Of a stretch of 64,000 nucleotides of DNA, positions 40,267 to 51,334 are shown piece by piece; within the stretch, counting starts at the first letter, position 1; every line of letters begins with the position of its first letter. The translations under genes and the position numbers were made by a program. This DNA is from a virus. The notes beneath the pieces are model-generated. The model made no database searches. It was given only the letters and a program-made list of their open reading frames with translations, and was not told where the DNA came from. The DNA is taken from IMG/VR virus record IMGVR_UViG_3300037089_000506, one strand, 5' to 3'.

Positions 40267-41892
40267 ATGGCTTTAATTCAGAATATGGGAAGAAACTTTA
40301 GCATACAGTATGGTACACAAGCTGTATACCAGTTTTCTATTCGATTTACAACACAGTACTCTACATCTGTAATTCCAATAACATCTTATACTTCTACTAC
40401 TCCTACTGATATACCTGTAGCAGGGACAATAATAATAGCAGGAACTACGATAACATTGAATGCTAATGATGTTTTATCTCCACAGGCTGTAGCATTAAAA
40501 ATAAAATCTTTTGGAGTTACCGGATTTAATGTAGGTATTGACTCATTCAATCCTTTTATTGTGAAGCTTCAGTCAACTACCTATGGGCCTATCTCAAAGC
40601 CTACTATTGCTTTAGGAACAGCAACTAATATACTTTTCTATGATATGAGCTTTGTTCAGGGTGTTGCGTGCCCTAACTCAAATTATCCTGTGCAGACTAT
40701 CACCTTCGGAGGTACCACTGCTGGTGGTGGTACTACCATAGTTGTAGATGGCGTAAACGTAACTGTCTCTAACGGCTTTACTCCTATACAAGCTGCTGCT
40801 GCTGTAGCTGCCACTTCCTTTGTATCTTCAGCAACCACTTCTGGTGAGGGCTGGACTGTACTAGCTTCAGGGCCTACGTGTACTTTTACTGGAACGATTC
40901 CAGGACCCGTAGCAGGAATTATAGTATCAATGGGAACCACTACAGGTGTAACATGTAGTAACTTTGTATTACCTGTCCAAACTATTACTTTCGCTGGTAC
41001 TACTGTAGCTGGTGGAACTACTGTCACTGTTGATGGTATTTCTGTAACTGTATCTGGCGGTAATACCCCATTACAGGTAGCCAATGCGGTTGTAGCTACT
41101 TCTCTAACTGGTGGTACTTCTGGTGAGACATGGACACCAACCAATGGTGGTGGTACTCTAACTACGGTAACATTGACAGGAACTACAGCAAAGCTTATAT
41201 CCCCTGTAGTAATTTCAATGGGTTCAATAACTGGTGTTACTTGTAATGCTGATATTCTACCTGTTCAAAATATAGTATTTGTAGGTTCTGTTGTAGCTGT
41301 TGGAACTACAATAACTGTAGATGGTAAAGCTACCACAGTATCTTTAGGTGATAGTCCTGCTACAGTAGCCACAAAAGTAGCAGCCACTTCTTATGCTTCT
41401 GGTACAACTTCAGGCGAGGCATGGACTACATCAAGGACAAACGCTATTGTAACTTTAACAGGAACAGTCCCTGCTACAATTGCTGGTGTAGCAGTTTCAA
41501 TGGGAACGATTACTGGTGTGTCTACCCCTGCTTATGCATATGTTACTACTCCTGGTTCCAATACTGCTACTCAGACCACCCCTGGTTCTAATCAGGCTGT
41601 GGTAGTGAATGCTGGCTCCTTAGTAACAAACTTGGATGATATTTGGATCGGTGGCAGAACTCCTATTACTTTATGGACAGAATCAAGCAATGTAACCTAT
41701 ACAGTATCTACCTCTGATGGTACTCCAATTGAGCAACAGACAGGAGCATTAGTCTATGGTTCCTCACTCTCTTTGACTACAGTAAATGGGCTTACTAACG
41801 CTATTACATTAACAGCACCTTCAAATTATGTTAGAGTATCTGTATCTAATGTTTTATCTAACTCGTATGTAGAGTTGCATTTATCAAGATAA
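40267..41892 (+). CDS. virion fibre/decoration protein with three ~95-aa Thr/Val/Gly-rich modules
   Basis: PVQTITF...GE.WT...SMG..TGV repeats start at 40687, 40972 and 41260. Confidence 0.6.
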   Translation: MALIQNMGRNFSIQYGTQAVYQFSIRFTTQYSTSVIPITSYTSTTPTDIPVAGTIIIAGTTITLNANDVLSPQAVALKIKSFGVTGFNVGIDSFNPFIVKLQSTTYGPISKPTIALGTATNILFYDMSFVQGVACPNSNYPVQTITFGGTTAGGGTTIVVDGVNVTVSNGFTPIQAAAAVAATSFVSSATTSGEGWTVLASGPTCTFTGTIPGPVAGIIVSMGTTTGVTCSNFVLPVQTITFAGTTVAGGTTVTVDGISVTVSGGNTPLQVANAVVATSLTGGTSGETWTPTNGGGTLTTVTLTGTTAKLISPVVISMGSITGVTCNADILPVQNIVFVGSVVAVGTTITVDGKATTVSLGDSPATVATKVAATSYASGTTSGEAWTTSRTNAIVTLTGTVPATIAGVAVSMGTITGVSTPAYAYVTTPGSNTATQTTPGSNQAVVVNAGSLVTNLDDIWIGGRTPITLWTESSNVTYTVSTSDGTPIEQQTGALVYGSSLSLTTVNGLTNAITLTAPSNYVRVSVSNVLSNSYVELHLSR

Positions 41893-41893
41893 T

Positions 41894-41930
41894 AAAAAAG
41901 GGTATCGATTAAATCGATACCCTTTCTTTA
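41894..41930. terminator. bidirectional terminator between convergent genes
   Basis: aaagggtatcgat-taa-atcgatacccttt, 13-bp stem with A and T runs on either side. Confidence 0.85.
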
Positions 41931-42843
41931 CCCCACCAACACTCACAACCGTATACCTTCTCACCAGAATCGAGAAGAATAGTAGGGTTAGTTATCTGCA
42001 TTTCTACAAGTAACTCACCCAAGCCTCCAGCACCATTAGGTATCTCATCTTCTATTCTAATTCCATACCCAAAGAATCTTGCTTCTGTATCATTTCCTGA
42101 TAGAATTGCACCTACTCGTTCACCAATTTTTGCTTGCATATTATATCCCTTTAGCTGCTTTATACTTCTGAAGATTCATAATGATTTCTTTAAGCATACT
42201 CTTTTCTTGGTATGTAGGCACTACCTCTACACTACGTTCCTTCAAGAGTTGTCGCATAGTTTCCAGAGCCATTACTGCCATAGTAGGGTCGTGCTTAGAG
42301 GAGTCATACTCCATCACTGCTTTTCTAGTAAGTTCCATGTACTCTCTGAGTTTTTTATTTTGTTCTTGAAGCTGGAAATGATCCAATATAATTGGATTTT
42401 TCATTGTTTGAGCCATACGGAGATAATGCCATCCTTTGCAGATAAGCATTATCCATGCGGGTGAAAAAATAACAAACCACACCAAAACGACAGGGATAGC
42501 AGTTCCTAAAGTGATCATATTACGCTCCTTTATGGTACCCAAGTTTTATTAAAGTAGCAATAGCAGTATCCCGCTCTTCCTCTGTGGGCTGCATCATGAT
42601 TTGAGCTACATCAATAAGATTTCTTCTCATCGCCTCCAAAGTTAGCATAGCTATTTCAGGGCTATGATTTGACTGGTCATAGAGTAAGAGTGCGGAACGG
42701 GTTGTTTTCATATACGTTTCTAATCTTTTTGTATATTCCTTACCTTGAGGAGGGAACATAGTATCAGTACTGTCCTTCCTATCCCTCAGCTTGGCGAAAA
42801 CAAAGATACCAATAAGTAATACAATAAAGATTAGAACTACCAT
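41909..42843 (-). CDS. three small early genes: 42520..42843 and 42141..42542 (paralogous membrane-anchored proteins), 41909..42139
   Basis: N-terminal TM helices; a sigma70 promoter upstream; probable first start at 42843 (MVVLIF). Confidence 0.6.
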
Positions 42844-42861
42844 ATCATTCCTCTTACTATA

Positions 42862-42890
42862 AGTATAATATTCACTATACATAATGTCAA
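42862..42890 (-). promoter_or_regulatory. sigma70 promoter (TTGACA-17-TATACT)
   Basis: tgtcaa 42885-42890, agtata 42862-42867. Confidence 0.85.
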
Positions 42891-42931
42891 GCAGAAAAAA
42901 GCAAAATTCTACTAATTATAGAGGAGACAAA

Positions 42932-43990
42932 ATGAAACCAACTTTAGTAGATTTAGATAGGGAAACTCTAAAAACTCCAATATCTCCTATTCCAGTAACT
43001 TCTGTTCCCCTCTCTTATCTACCTATTGAACTTTCTACAAATGGAAGACTAGGTGTACCTAAAGTAGTCTATTGTAGAAATTTTAATACTGAAGATATTT
43101 TAACACTTTCTATGCTTGCTGAGAATATTCTACCTGAAAGAGTTATAGCCGTCTTGAATTCCCTTATGTATGGTGATGTTGACGTTGCTAGTTGGCCCGA
43201 AAAAACTATTATTGAACTTTTGGTACAAATATATGCCAACTATTTTACTCCCGTACTTTTTGAAGTCCGATTTCCATGGAATGAAAGTGATATTACATGG
43301 CTAGAAGAAAAGGGAGATATAAAAAAAATAGAGCAACTCCAGAAGGGGCTATGGATACCACGAATAGATTTAGATTTGCGAACCTGTGTTACTATAAATA
43401 GCCTAAATGAAAATGTAAAGGAAACTGTTACAATAACTAAAAAAGATAAAGAAGGGAAGGTTCTACTAAAAGCAAAGTTTATATCTTATCCAAAGTATGG
43501 AGATGTTCTCATTATAAGAAAAGAGGTTCAGAACAAATTTCAAGAATCCGACAAGAAGTATTCAAAGATACAGAGGTTATCAGAGACGTACTCTACTTAT
43601 ATTGATCAAGACAGAGACCTTTCTACTTTGCCTAATCTTGATACAATGGAATATCTAGAGTGGCAAAATGCCGAACTACAAAAGAATATCTATTTGGCTG
43701 ATGCTACGTTAGCTCTTTACTTATTGGAGTTTAATGGTGAGGATGTATCTGGATTACCTTTGAGTGAGAAGGTACAAATTCTAAAACGCCCAGAATTCGA
43801 TGTGAATATATCTGCTAAAATAAATAAGCATTATAATTCTTTGAAATTTGGTATTGATCCTGAAATCCATGTAAAAAATCCCATTACAGGTGAGAACTGT
43901 ACTAGGAGGTATTCTTTTCGACCATATGATATTATTCAAGCCATACAGTCGAGAGAACCTGATGGATATGATTTATCTTATGACGAGTAG
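42932..43990 (+). CDS. baseplate hub assembly protein (gp26-like), probable start MKPTLV
   Basis: VYCRNFNTEDILTL, YPKYGD, VKNPITGE; first gene of the baseplate cluster; late motif at 42911. Confidence 0.5.
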   Translation: MKPTLVDLDRETLKTPISPIPVTSVPLSYLPIELSTNGRLGVPKVVYCRNFNTEDILTLSMLAENILPERVIAVLNSLMYGDVDVASWPEKTIIELLVQIYANYFTPVLFEVRFPWNESDITWLEEKGDIKKIEQLQKGLWIPRIDLDLRTCVTINSLNENVKETVTITKKDKEGKVLLKAKFISYPKYGDVLIIRKEVQNKFQESDKKYSKIQRLSETYSTYIDQDRDLSTLPNLDTMEYLEWQNAELQKNIYLADATLALYLLEFNGEDVSGLPLSEKVQILKRPEFDVNISAKINKHYNSLKFGIDPEIHVKNPITGENCTRRYSFRPYDIIQAIQSREPDGYDLSYDE

Positions 43991-44120
43991 AACGGCTAAT
44001 TCAATAGAGTCACTTATGAAATTACCATTTCATATTTTTATGTTCCAATGGAATCTTCTAAATAATACTCTAAAAGAGGAGTATAACTCCCGACATAGAA
44101 ATACTATGTCTATAGGATAA
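43968..44120 (+). CDS. small baseplate hub assembly catalyst (gp51-like)
   Basis: MIYLM...SIESLMKLPFHIF pattern; lies between the gp26-like and tape-measure-like genes. Confidence 0.4.
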   Translation: MIYLMTSRTANSIESLMKLPFHIFMFQWNLLNNTLKEEYNSRHRNTMSIG

Positions 44121-44124
44121 AATA

Positions 44125-45915
44125 ATGAGTGATATACCGAGTGGTATTACAAAAGTAAAAAACCCCACTGAAGACCTTTTAAAGGAAGTAAATAAATCCA
44201 TACTTCAACTCAATAAAAGAATGGAGACGAATACAGGTATAATGCAAAATATGTTTTTAGCTGTAGGAGGGAAACCAGATGCGGCTAAGAATATGTTTAA
44301 ACTACAAGAAGACTATTTCAAACGACAGGAAACTAAAGATAAACTTGATGAAAAGTTTGGTACAGATTTCCAAGCTATGCTAAAGTATATGAAAGCCATA
44401 GCAGAAAGTCCTATAATAAAAAAGGGTAATGCTGCTTTAGATAGACAACAAAAAAAAGACTTACAAAAAAATGTTGATAGTGGCTTTTTAGGAAAACTAG
44501 GGGAAGAGATATACTCAAAAATATTGGGTGGAAACTTTAAGCCTAAGCAAGAAAGAGCCCATGAAAACGCAGAAAATATAAATCATGCATATAGTATTGG
44601 GCATAGAAACCTTGTGGGATATTATGATAAGGGGTATTTTGGAGAAAATGTAGGTGGGAATGGTGGAGGAGATGAATCCTCTGGTGGTGGTGGTGGGCTC
44701 CCTGGAATTACTCCTCAAAAAGGAAAAGGTCGCTACCAAAAGAAAATGGATAGAATTAATGGTGGTAGAGGTGGTGGTGGAGGTCTCCACCTAGAAGCCT
44801 ATGGGCAGGGCAAGGAAGAAGTTTCTGCTGGTGAAGTAGCACACTTACCTTTTTTAATTTCAGGCCCGCCATTACTATTACATCACGATTTGAAAGAAAT
44901 GCTAGAGATACAAAGGAAAGCACAGGTAGATGCATCTTGGAAATCTGGGGGAGGGGGAGGAGGAATAGAAGGATTATTAGCCGGTGCAGGAATTGCTACT
45001 GCAATAGGCGCTGCCCTCCCAGGAATATTAGCTGTAGCCCTTCCTGCATTAGGTATTATTGCTGGCGTAGCTGGGCTAGCATTACTAATAAGTGCTGCTG
45101 TTTCTGATACAAAAAAAAGACAACACGAAAGAGATGCTACGTTAGCAAGTCTTACTCCTGAGCAAATCGCAGCATTAAAAGCTAAGGGAATAACTACTAC
45201 CCCTGGTTCTGGTATGTCTGAAACGGCTAATGCACAAAAAGCAATAGCTACAGGTAATGCTGCTGATGTAGATATAAGTGGATCAAATGCTAACTCAATT
45301 ATGGGAACAGGTAGTAAGTCTGAAATTAATACTTATCAAGAAATCCTAAAAGCAAAAGAAGCTAAAAGAAAAGAAGATGAAAGAAGAGTAGGTAATCCCG
45401 AGCAAGCAGGTAATTATTGGATGATGGATGCTCAAGGAAATTATTGGTATTCATCTAATGCAAGTATGTCCCCTTCTGCAAAATTTATGTTTGATGATGA
45501 TAGCCAAAAAACTAATTTATGGCAAAAAATTAAAAACAGTGAATCAGGGCGTAAACTTTATAGTAAATTAGGTTTTGAATCCTCATTTTTTGATCAAGTA
45601 TTACAGGATAATGCGATTCATAAATTTCATAGTGGAGGTGAAGTTAATGCTACTTTACAAGATGGAGAGAGCGTAATAGATAGAAGTCATACTAATAAAT
45701 TAAATATGTTTATAGATAGTTTAGCAAATGTTGCTATGAGCACATCAGATAAGAGTACAACATCTATTTTAGAAGAGCAGAATGAACTCCTACGAGAAAT
45801 GTTAAAAGCTACAAATATGGGTAATGATATTTTAAAAAATTCTAAAGCAGCAGGTTCAAGTAAGGCTACAGTTCAAGCAAATAAAATAGCCCCCCCTGAA
45901 CCAGCAAAGGTATAA
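44125..45915 (+). CDS. tape-measure/hub (gp29-like) protein
   Basis: Helical, Gly-rich linkers, hydrophobic Ala/Gly segment, C-terminal KFHSGGEVNATLQDGESVI motif. Confidence 0.5.
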   Translation: MSDIPSGITKVKNPTEDLLKEVNKSILQLNKRMETNTGIMQNMFLAVGGKPDAAKNMFKLQEDYFKRQETKDKLDEKFGTDFQAMLKYMKAIAESPIIKKGNAALDRQQKKDLQKNVDSGFLGKLGEEIYSKILGGNFKPKQERAHENAENINHAYSIGHRNLVGYYDKGYFGENVGGNGGGDESSGGGGGLPGITPQKGKGRYQKKMDRINGGRGGGGGLHLEAYGQGKEEVSAGEVAHLPFLISGPPLLLHHDLKEMLEIQRKAQVDASWKSGGGGGGIEGLLAGAGIATAIGAALPGILAVALPALGIIAGVAGLALLISAAVSDTKKRQHERDATLASLTPEQIAALKAKGITTTPGSGMSETANAQKAIATGNAADVDISGSNANSIMGTGSKSEINTYQEILKAKEAKRKEDERRVGNPEQAGNYWMMDAQGNYWYSSNASMSPSAKFMFDDDSQKTNLWQKIKNSESGRKLYSKLGFESSFFDQVLQDNAIHKFHSGGEVNATLQDGESVIDRSHTNKLNMFIDSLANVAMSTSDKSTTSILEEQNELLREMLKATNMGNDILKNSKAAGSSKATVQANKIAPPEPAKV

Positions 45916-45917
45916 TT

Positions 45918-47074
45918 ATGAATTTAAGTGGAAGTTATATACATCTATCTAAATCAAGCTCCCCTTCAGGGAAGGCGGTGGAGTGGTATGTCCCTTATGA
46001 GGGAGAAAATGGTATATCTGTAGAGCAACAATATAGAATGCCTATTAAAGAGGCTTACGAAGCATTAGGAGAAATGGTAGAAAACTTAACAGAAACAGTA
46101 AGCACCACAGCAGGAAAAGTTCTCAAGGGTGTTGAATTTTTATCTGATATGTTTGGTATTAAAATATTTACTAAGCTATACTATTCTCAAGCATGGGCAG
46201 GAGAGGAACCTGCTACGTTTTCTATAAAATTAAAATTCTTCAGGGGGATGAATAATGCTTGGGATGCTAAATCAGAAGTATTTGTTCCTATTATGAATAT
46301 AATGTCATGTACTGTGCCTTATGATATAGGTCCTATTTTAACTGCTCCAGGTCCAAATGCTATAGATTGCTTTGCTCTTTTTGCAGGGAGTCTTGTGGGA
46401 ATGGGACTAGCATCAGGAACTGTTGGGAAGAGCTTACAGACTATAGGGCAGGACGCTACAGCTGCTCAGTCTAAAAATCAAAACGGAGTAGCAGTAAAGA
46501 TAGGAACTACTGCTTCTAATATTCTTTTTGGTGGAGGGATGTGGAAAGTAGAGTTTGGGTGGGCATCAGGGGGTAACGGAACTAGATTTAATAGGTATAT
46601 GGGGTATACAAATTTAAATTGTACTCAAGCATCTTATGCATTCTCAAGCACCCTTGAAAGTTCTTCCTACCCTATCTCGGGAGATTTAAATTTAACTTTT
46701 AAAACTCAGGATATACTTACAAGCTCTGATTTTACAAATTTATATAGGAGTAAATAATGCAGTCTCGCTATGATTTAATGAATGCAGGGGTTACGAGTGA
46801 TTCTGTAGACTCTCAGAATTATCCTGATACATTATCTGTTAACTTTGGAGATTTTACTTATGCTAATCCTCCCTATATTGTTGTTCCTAATTCACAATTA
46901 CAACAAAAACCTTATATATTTTGTCAAGCATACTATGGTTCTGCGAATAACGATGATATAGTATTTAATGTATGTAATGTTTTTCATGTATCTTTGCTTT
47001 ATGAAGAAACACAAATTAAGTTCCCAGTGTTAAGCGATCTTAATTCTTTCATAGCCTCACAAGGAAAAGTATAA
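45918..47074 (+). CDS. tail-tube cap-like (45918..46757) and gp53-like wedge (46757..47074) proteins
   Basis: Synteny and size within the baseplate cluster; coupled. Confidence 0.4.
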
Positions 47075-48405
47075 TGCCTGATGAATATAGTGGTAGTACA
47101 GGGGCTATACAGTCTCAAATTCCTTGGATAGCACAATTATTATTATCCTCTGGCGACCTCACTACTTTAAGCAATATAGATACTGCTACAAATAAATTGA
47201 TACTACAAGTAAGTGCCTATAACACCTATTTAATGGCAGAATGGGGGTTTACAGCTTCTTCTGACTTGTTAGATATTGTATCTCAAAATAATATTACTAT
47301 TGGTAGTCCTATTAAATTTACCTTTTTCCCTGCCATGTCAAATGACTCCGTTGAACTAACCCTATGTGTATTATCAATACAATCGGGAGCAGGATTATCT
47401 GCTACTACATTAGGTAATCAGTTTAGTCTTACCTTAATCTCTCCTTGGTATTTTCAACAATATTTAGATTCCCATACTTATTATGGTAACATACCTTCCA
47501 TTGTTTCACAGATATTTACAAATGATAATTTATATGGTAGTAGTGCTCTATCAGATTTAAGAATAGGAGGAACGAACATCAGTGCTCTAGGAAATAGAGT
47601 ATCCTCTTCTTCAGCAGACCCCCCTGCTAATCGTTACCGTACTATGATGAAACAAGGAGATTTTATAGATATTCGATTGCGAAAATACTATAGAGGTATT
47701 GGTAATAGTTCTTCTTTTATGTTTACTAATATAGATAATGTCTTTGATATATGCTGTTTTAGCGATATGGCCGGGCTTGATACTTATATAGCTATTGATT
47801 ATTCTGATCCCCAATTTTCAGCATATGCAGACTGGATGGCGGACCCAAATTTAATAAAATTAATGATATTTCCTAATAGTAATATATTAAAAATAAATAA
47901 AGGGAATAAACAAAACCTATGGGATGTTTTATCTCCAGCTTTAGCTTATTTCGGTAGGCAAAAAACATATATAAAATCTTATTATGATACGCCTATGCTA
48001 CCTATATTAGGATATGATAAGGCTAATAGCTTCAGCTATGTAAATAAAAATAAAGGTATGGGTGCTATAACTAAACTATACATTGATGATACTATGCATG
48101 ATTTTGATGATATACAGTCTATGAAGTTCAATGAGTATAATAAAGACCTTCGAGATGCCCATAAATTTACTTTAATTTGTATGCCAAATTTATTTGTTAA
48201 AGCAGGGCGATTGTGTAATCTGAATTTATTAACAAAAGATCAAACTAGCTCTTCCCTGTTTACCCAAAAAGACTATATTATTTCAGAAGTAACTCATGTA
48301 TTTCAAGGTATTGTATGTAGAACAGAGCTTACCCTAGAAACTTCATGTTTAAGTTATACTGACCCTGACACTGTATCCCTACTATTTACTGCTCCTACGG
48401 ACTAG
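47074..48405 (+). CDS. baseplate hub protein (gp27/late control D-like)
   Basis: C-terminal PNLFVKAGRLCNL...YIISEVTHVF pattern. Confidence 0.5.
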   Translation: MPDEYSGSTGAIQSQIPWIAQLLLSSGDLTTLSNIDTATNKLILQVSAYNTYLMAEWGFTASSDLLDIVSQNNITIGSPIKFTFFPAMSNDSVELTLCVLSIQSGAGLSATTLGNQFSLTLISPWYFQQYLDSHTYYGNIPSIVSQIFTNDNLYGSSALSDLRIGGTNISALGNRVSSSSADPPANRYRTMMKQGDFIDIRLRKYYRGIGNSSSFMFTNIDNVFDICCFSDMAGLDTYIAIDYSDPQFSAYADWMADPNLIKLMIFPNSNILKINKGNKQNLWDVLSPALAYFGRQKTYIKSYYDTPMLPILGYDKANSFSYVNKNKGMGAITKLYIDDTMHDFDDIQSMKFNEYNKDLRDAHKFTLICMPNLFVKAGRLCNLNLLTKDQTSSSLFTQKDYIISEVTHVFQGIVCRTELTLETSCLSYTDPDTVSLLFTAPTD

Positions 48406-48434
48406 TTGACTTTTCCTTTTTTTTGTTGTATTCT
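48406..48434 (+). promoter_or_regulatory. sigma70 promoter for the replication operon (TTGACT-17-TATTCT)
   Basis: TTGACT 48406, TG directly before TATTCT at 48429. Confidence 0.65.
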
Positions 48435-48451
48435 CCTCTCTAGAGGCTCCA

Positions 48452-49489
48452 ATGCAACTATCAATATCTCAACGTCCTCGGCTTTTGAAAGATGTCTTTG
48501 GTCAGAATAATGTTATTAAAGAACTTCTACATCAGCAATCTACACACCACTGGCCACAGGCTATGTTACTAAAAGGGCCTACAGGCACAGGCAAAACAAC
48601 TATAGCACAAATTATAGCCATGGCTATAAATTGTCAATCCCCGGATATTGAAGGAAATCCTTGTGGTGAATGCCCATCATGTAAGTCTATTAAAAGTGAA
48701 GATTTTCATAGAGATACACATAGGCTTGATGGCTCTCAATCAGGAAAAGACGATGTGATTGATATAACATCAGCCATAAATATATCTCCTATGTATGATA
48801 ATAATACTATTATTATTATTGAGGAATCAGATCAACTATCAGCAAAAGCAAAATCAGCCTTATTAAAAGTGCTAGAGAAGCCTAAAGATAATGTATATTT
48901 TATTCTGCTATCTATGGTTAGTACTGGATTACCTATGGAAATTCAGAGTAGATGCCAAGTCTTTAATCTACAAAGATTTACTGTAATAAATATAATGTAT
49001 GCGTTAAAGTCTATATTAGAAAAAAAGAATCTATGGGAATCTGATACTATTCCTAATTCTTTCAAGGTAGAGGGACTGAAGGCAATTGCGGAATCTTCGG
49101 AAGGCTCTTTACGAGCAGCAGTACAGGCATTAGATAAATGTCTAATAGGGGAATATTGGACGTTAGAGTTAATACAACAGAATGTAGGGATAATAGATGA
49201 ACGACAAACATTTAATCTTATTGAATTATTAGTAAATGGAGACACTAAATTCTTTAATGCTTTTGAAGAGGTTGACTTTATAAGTATTTTTGACTATACT
49301 TATAATATGCTATCTAAAACTACTTATGCTGTTTATCCTAATTCTAGATACAATGATCTATTACAGGTTTTTGATGATATTTCTTCCCAGCCCTTCTTGA
49401 GAAAATCCTATATCATAAGTAAGTTTACTCAATTTATACTAAGTCATCCAATGGAAGAGAAAAAAGTTGTGAGGAGGTTTAATGACTAA
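48452..49489 (+). CDS. dnaX: DNA polymerase III gamma/tau-like clamp loader
   Basis: RPRLLKDVFGQ, GPTGTGKTT, C...PCGECPSC zinc module, EESDQLS, ALLKVLEKP, SRC. Confidence 0.9.
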   Translation: MQLSISQRPRLLKDVFGQNNVIKELLHQQSTHHWPQAMLLKGPTGTGKTTIAQIIAMAINCQSPDIEGNPCGECPSCKSIKSEDFHRDTHRLDGSQSGKDDVIDITSAINISPMYDNNTIIIIEESDQLSAKAKSALLKVLEKPKDNVYFILLSMVSTGLPMEIQSRCQVFNLQRFTVINIMYALKSILEKKNLWESDTIPNSFKVEGLKAIAESSEGSLRAAVQALDKCLIGEYWTLELIQQNVGIIDERQTFNLIELLVNGDTKFFNAFEEVDFISIFDYTYNMLSKTTYAVYPNSRYNDLLQVFDDISSQPFLRKSYIISKFTQFILSHPMEEKKVVRRFND

Positions 49490-50240
49490 TGAAGATATTG
49501 TATCTAATTTAAGTTCATCTGCATATACATTGATAAATGATAGAATGTTACGAGGATTAGGAGGAAATGCCTATGAGGCTATTATTTTATCTAAATTTTT
49601 ATCATTCTATAAATATTTTTATGATTGTAAATTACTCACCTCTGATGGTTATTTTTTTCAAACAATAGACGACTTAGAAAAACTATGTGGTATTAGTGAA
49701 TATTACCAGCGCTCGGCAATAAAAGGGCTAGAAAGTAAACATTTACTTTCAGTACGAATATCAGGGTCTCCCCCTAAACGATATTTTAAAATTCATACTG
49801 AAAATATTCTCATTATAATGGAAACCCCTGTTCCTAAGAAATATATAGTGTCTAGGGAAGAGAAGAAAATTCAGCAAGATAAGTTTTACAAGGAATTGAA
49901 TTCAGCTCTAATATTCTCCTGGAAACTAACTCAAGAACGTGGTGGTAATATCCCAAAGCAATTATTATGGTTTATGTATGTATGGCAGGACTATATGAAA
50001 GCTAAAGGGGGCTTTGAATGGAATACAGCCCTTTATGGGGAATTACGTAATTATTGGAGAGTAAAGTATAATAAAAAATTATTTAATTATACTATATTAC
50101 ATGACTTTATGTATCTTGATCAGCCTAAAACTATATATAATTTTATTACCTATGATAGAAAGACACCAGAACTAGCATTTTTAGATAGACTCATTTATAA
50201 TGAGTTTGATATAGAAGGAGAGAAGTATGAGGAGAAATAA
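49482..50240 (+). CDS. replication initiator-like winged-helix protein
   Basis: GYFFQTIDDLEKLCGISEYYQRSAIKGL...PPKRYFKI, typical of phage replisome organisers. Confidence 0.6.
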   Translation: MTNEDIVSNLSSSAYTLINDRMLRGLGGNAYEAIILSKFLSFYKYFYDCKLLTSDGYFFQTIDDLEKLCGISEYYQRSAIKGLESKHLLSVRISGSPPKRYFKIHTENILIIMETPVPKKYIVSREEKKIQQDKFYKELNSALIFSWKLTQERGGNIPKQLLWFMYVWQDYMKAKGGFEWNTALYGELRNYWRVKYNKKLFNYTILHDFMYLDQPKTIYNFITYDRKTPELAFLDRLIYNEFDIEGEKYEEK

Positions 50241-51334
50241 TGGCTAAACGCAAAGAACAGACTGAAGAAGAAAAGCAGACATCACAAATTCTTAAAACTA
50301 TTACTGATTTACGAGTAACATATGGAAAATCTTTACCTTCTATAGAGGAGGCGGGGACTATTCATAGGGTGATATTAAATTCCCCTAAAGCAAACTATAT
50401 TTTTGGTGGTGGGTATCCTTTGAATAGGTCCATAGAACTATATGGTAGTGAAAGTAGTGGAAAATCCATATTCAGTTCTTATATTGGTGGACAGATACAG
50501 AAAAGAACTGATAAGGAAGGACAAAGAATAGTTTTATATGTAGATTCAGAGCACACCTTTGATAGAAAGTATGCAGAAAATGTAGGGCTAGATACTAATG
50601 ATGATAAATTCATTTTGATTCATCCTCTTAATGGTGAAGAGGCATTCACTATTATGGAAGATTTGACTAAAACAGGAGAAATAGGATTAATCATATTTGA
50701 TTCTACCTCTACAATAGCAACAAAAGCAGCAATGGAGGATGATGCGGGTAAGGCTTCTTTTGGTGGTGCTGCTAAAATGTTTGGAGATGGTATGAAAAAA
50801 CTGAATCCATATATGTTTAGATTTGATACTCCAATGATAATGCTAACTCAAATGAGAGCACGTATTGGTGCTTTTGGGCATCAGTCTAAAGATGCGCCTT
50901 CCGGTTGCGGATATGCACCACGATTCTACGCATCGTGGCGAGCTAGATTATCTAAAGGTGAAGATATACTAAATGGCAAAGAGGTTATAGGTAATAAAAT
51001 AACTATAAAGAATACAAAATCTAAGATAGGATACCCTAAGCGTTCAGCCTCTTTAGACTTGTATTATGCTTCTGGTTTTAATTCCGATTTTGAATATATA
51101 GAATTCATGATTCAGTTAGGGTTAATAGAGAAGAAGGGTGGCTGGTATTATTCTGATGAGTATGGACTCAAAGTTCAAGGGGTGGATAAGATATTGCCTT
51201 TACTCTATGAACAACCAGAAAAGTTTGAGGAAGCTAAAAAACAAGTAAATGGACTTTTCTCTACTTATAATGTGTTGGATGAAGGAGAAACTGCTGAAGA
51301 GGAAGACGATGAGGAAATCCCTGAGGAGGATTAA
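50240..51334 (+). CDS. recA: RecA/UvsX recombinase
   Basis: GGGYPLNRSIELYGSESSGKS, DSEH, LIIFDS, TQMRARIG, FYASWR, KNTKSK; acidic C-terminal tail. Confidence 0.92.
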   Translation: MAKRKEQTEEEKQTSQILKTITDLRVTYGKSLPSIEEAGTIHRVILNSPKANYIFGGGYPLNRSIELYGSESSGKSIFSSYIGGQIQKRTDKEGQRIVLYVDSEHTFDRKYAENVGLDTNDDKFILIHPLNGEEAFTIMEDLTKTGEIGLIIFDSTSTIATKAAMEDDAGKASFGGAAKMFGDGMKKLNPYMFRFDTPMIMLTQMRARIGAFGHQSKDAPSGCGYAPRFYASWRARLSKGEDILNGKEVIGNKITIKNTKSKIGYPKRSASLDLYYASGFNSDFEYIEFMIQLGLIEKKGGWYYSDEYGLKVQGVDKILPLLYEQPEKFEEAKKQVNGLFSTYNVLDEGETAEEEDDEEIPEED

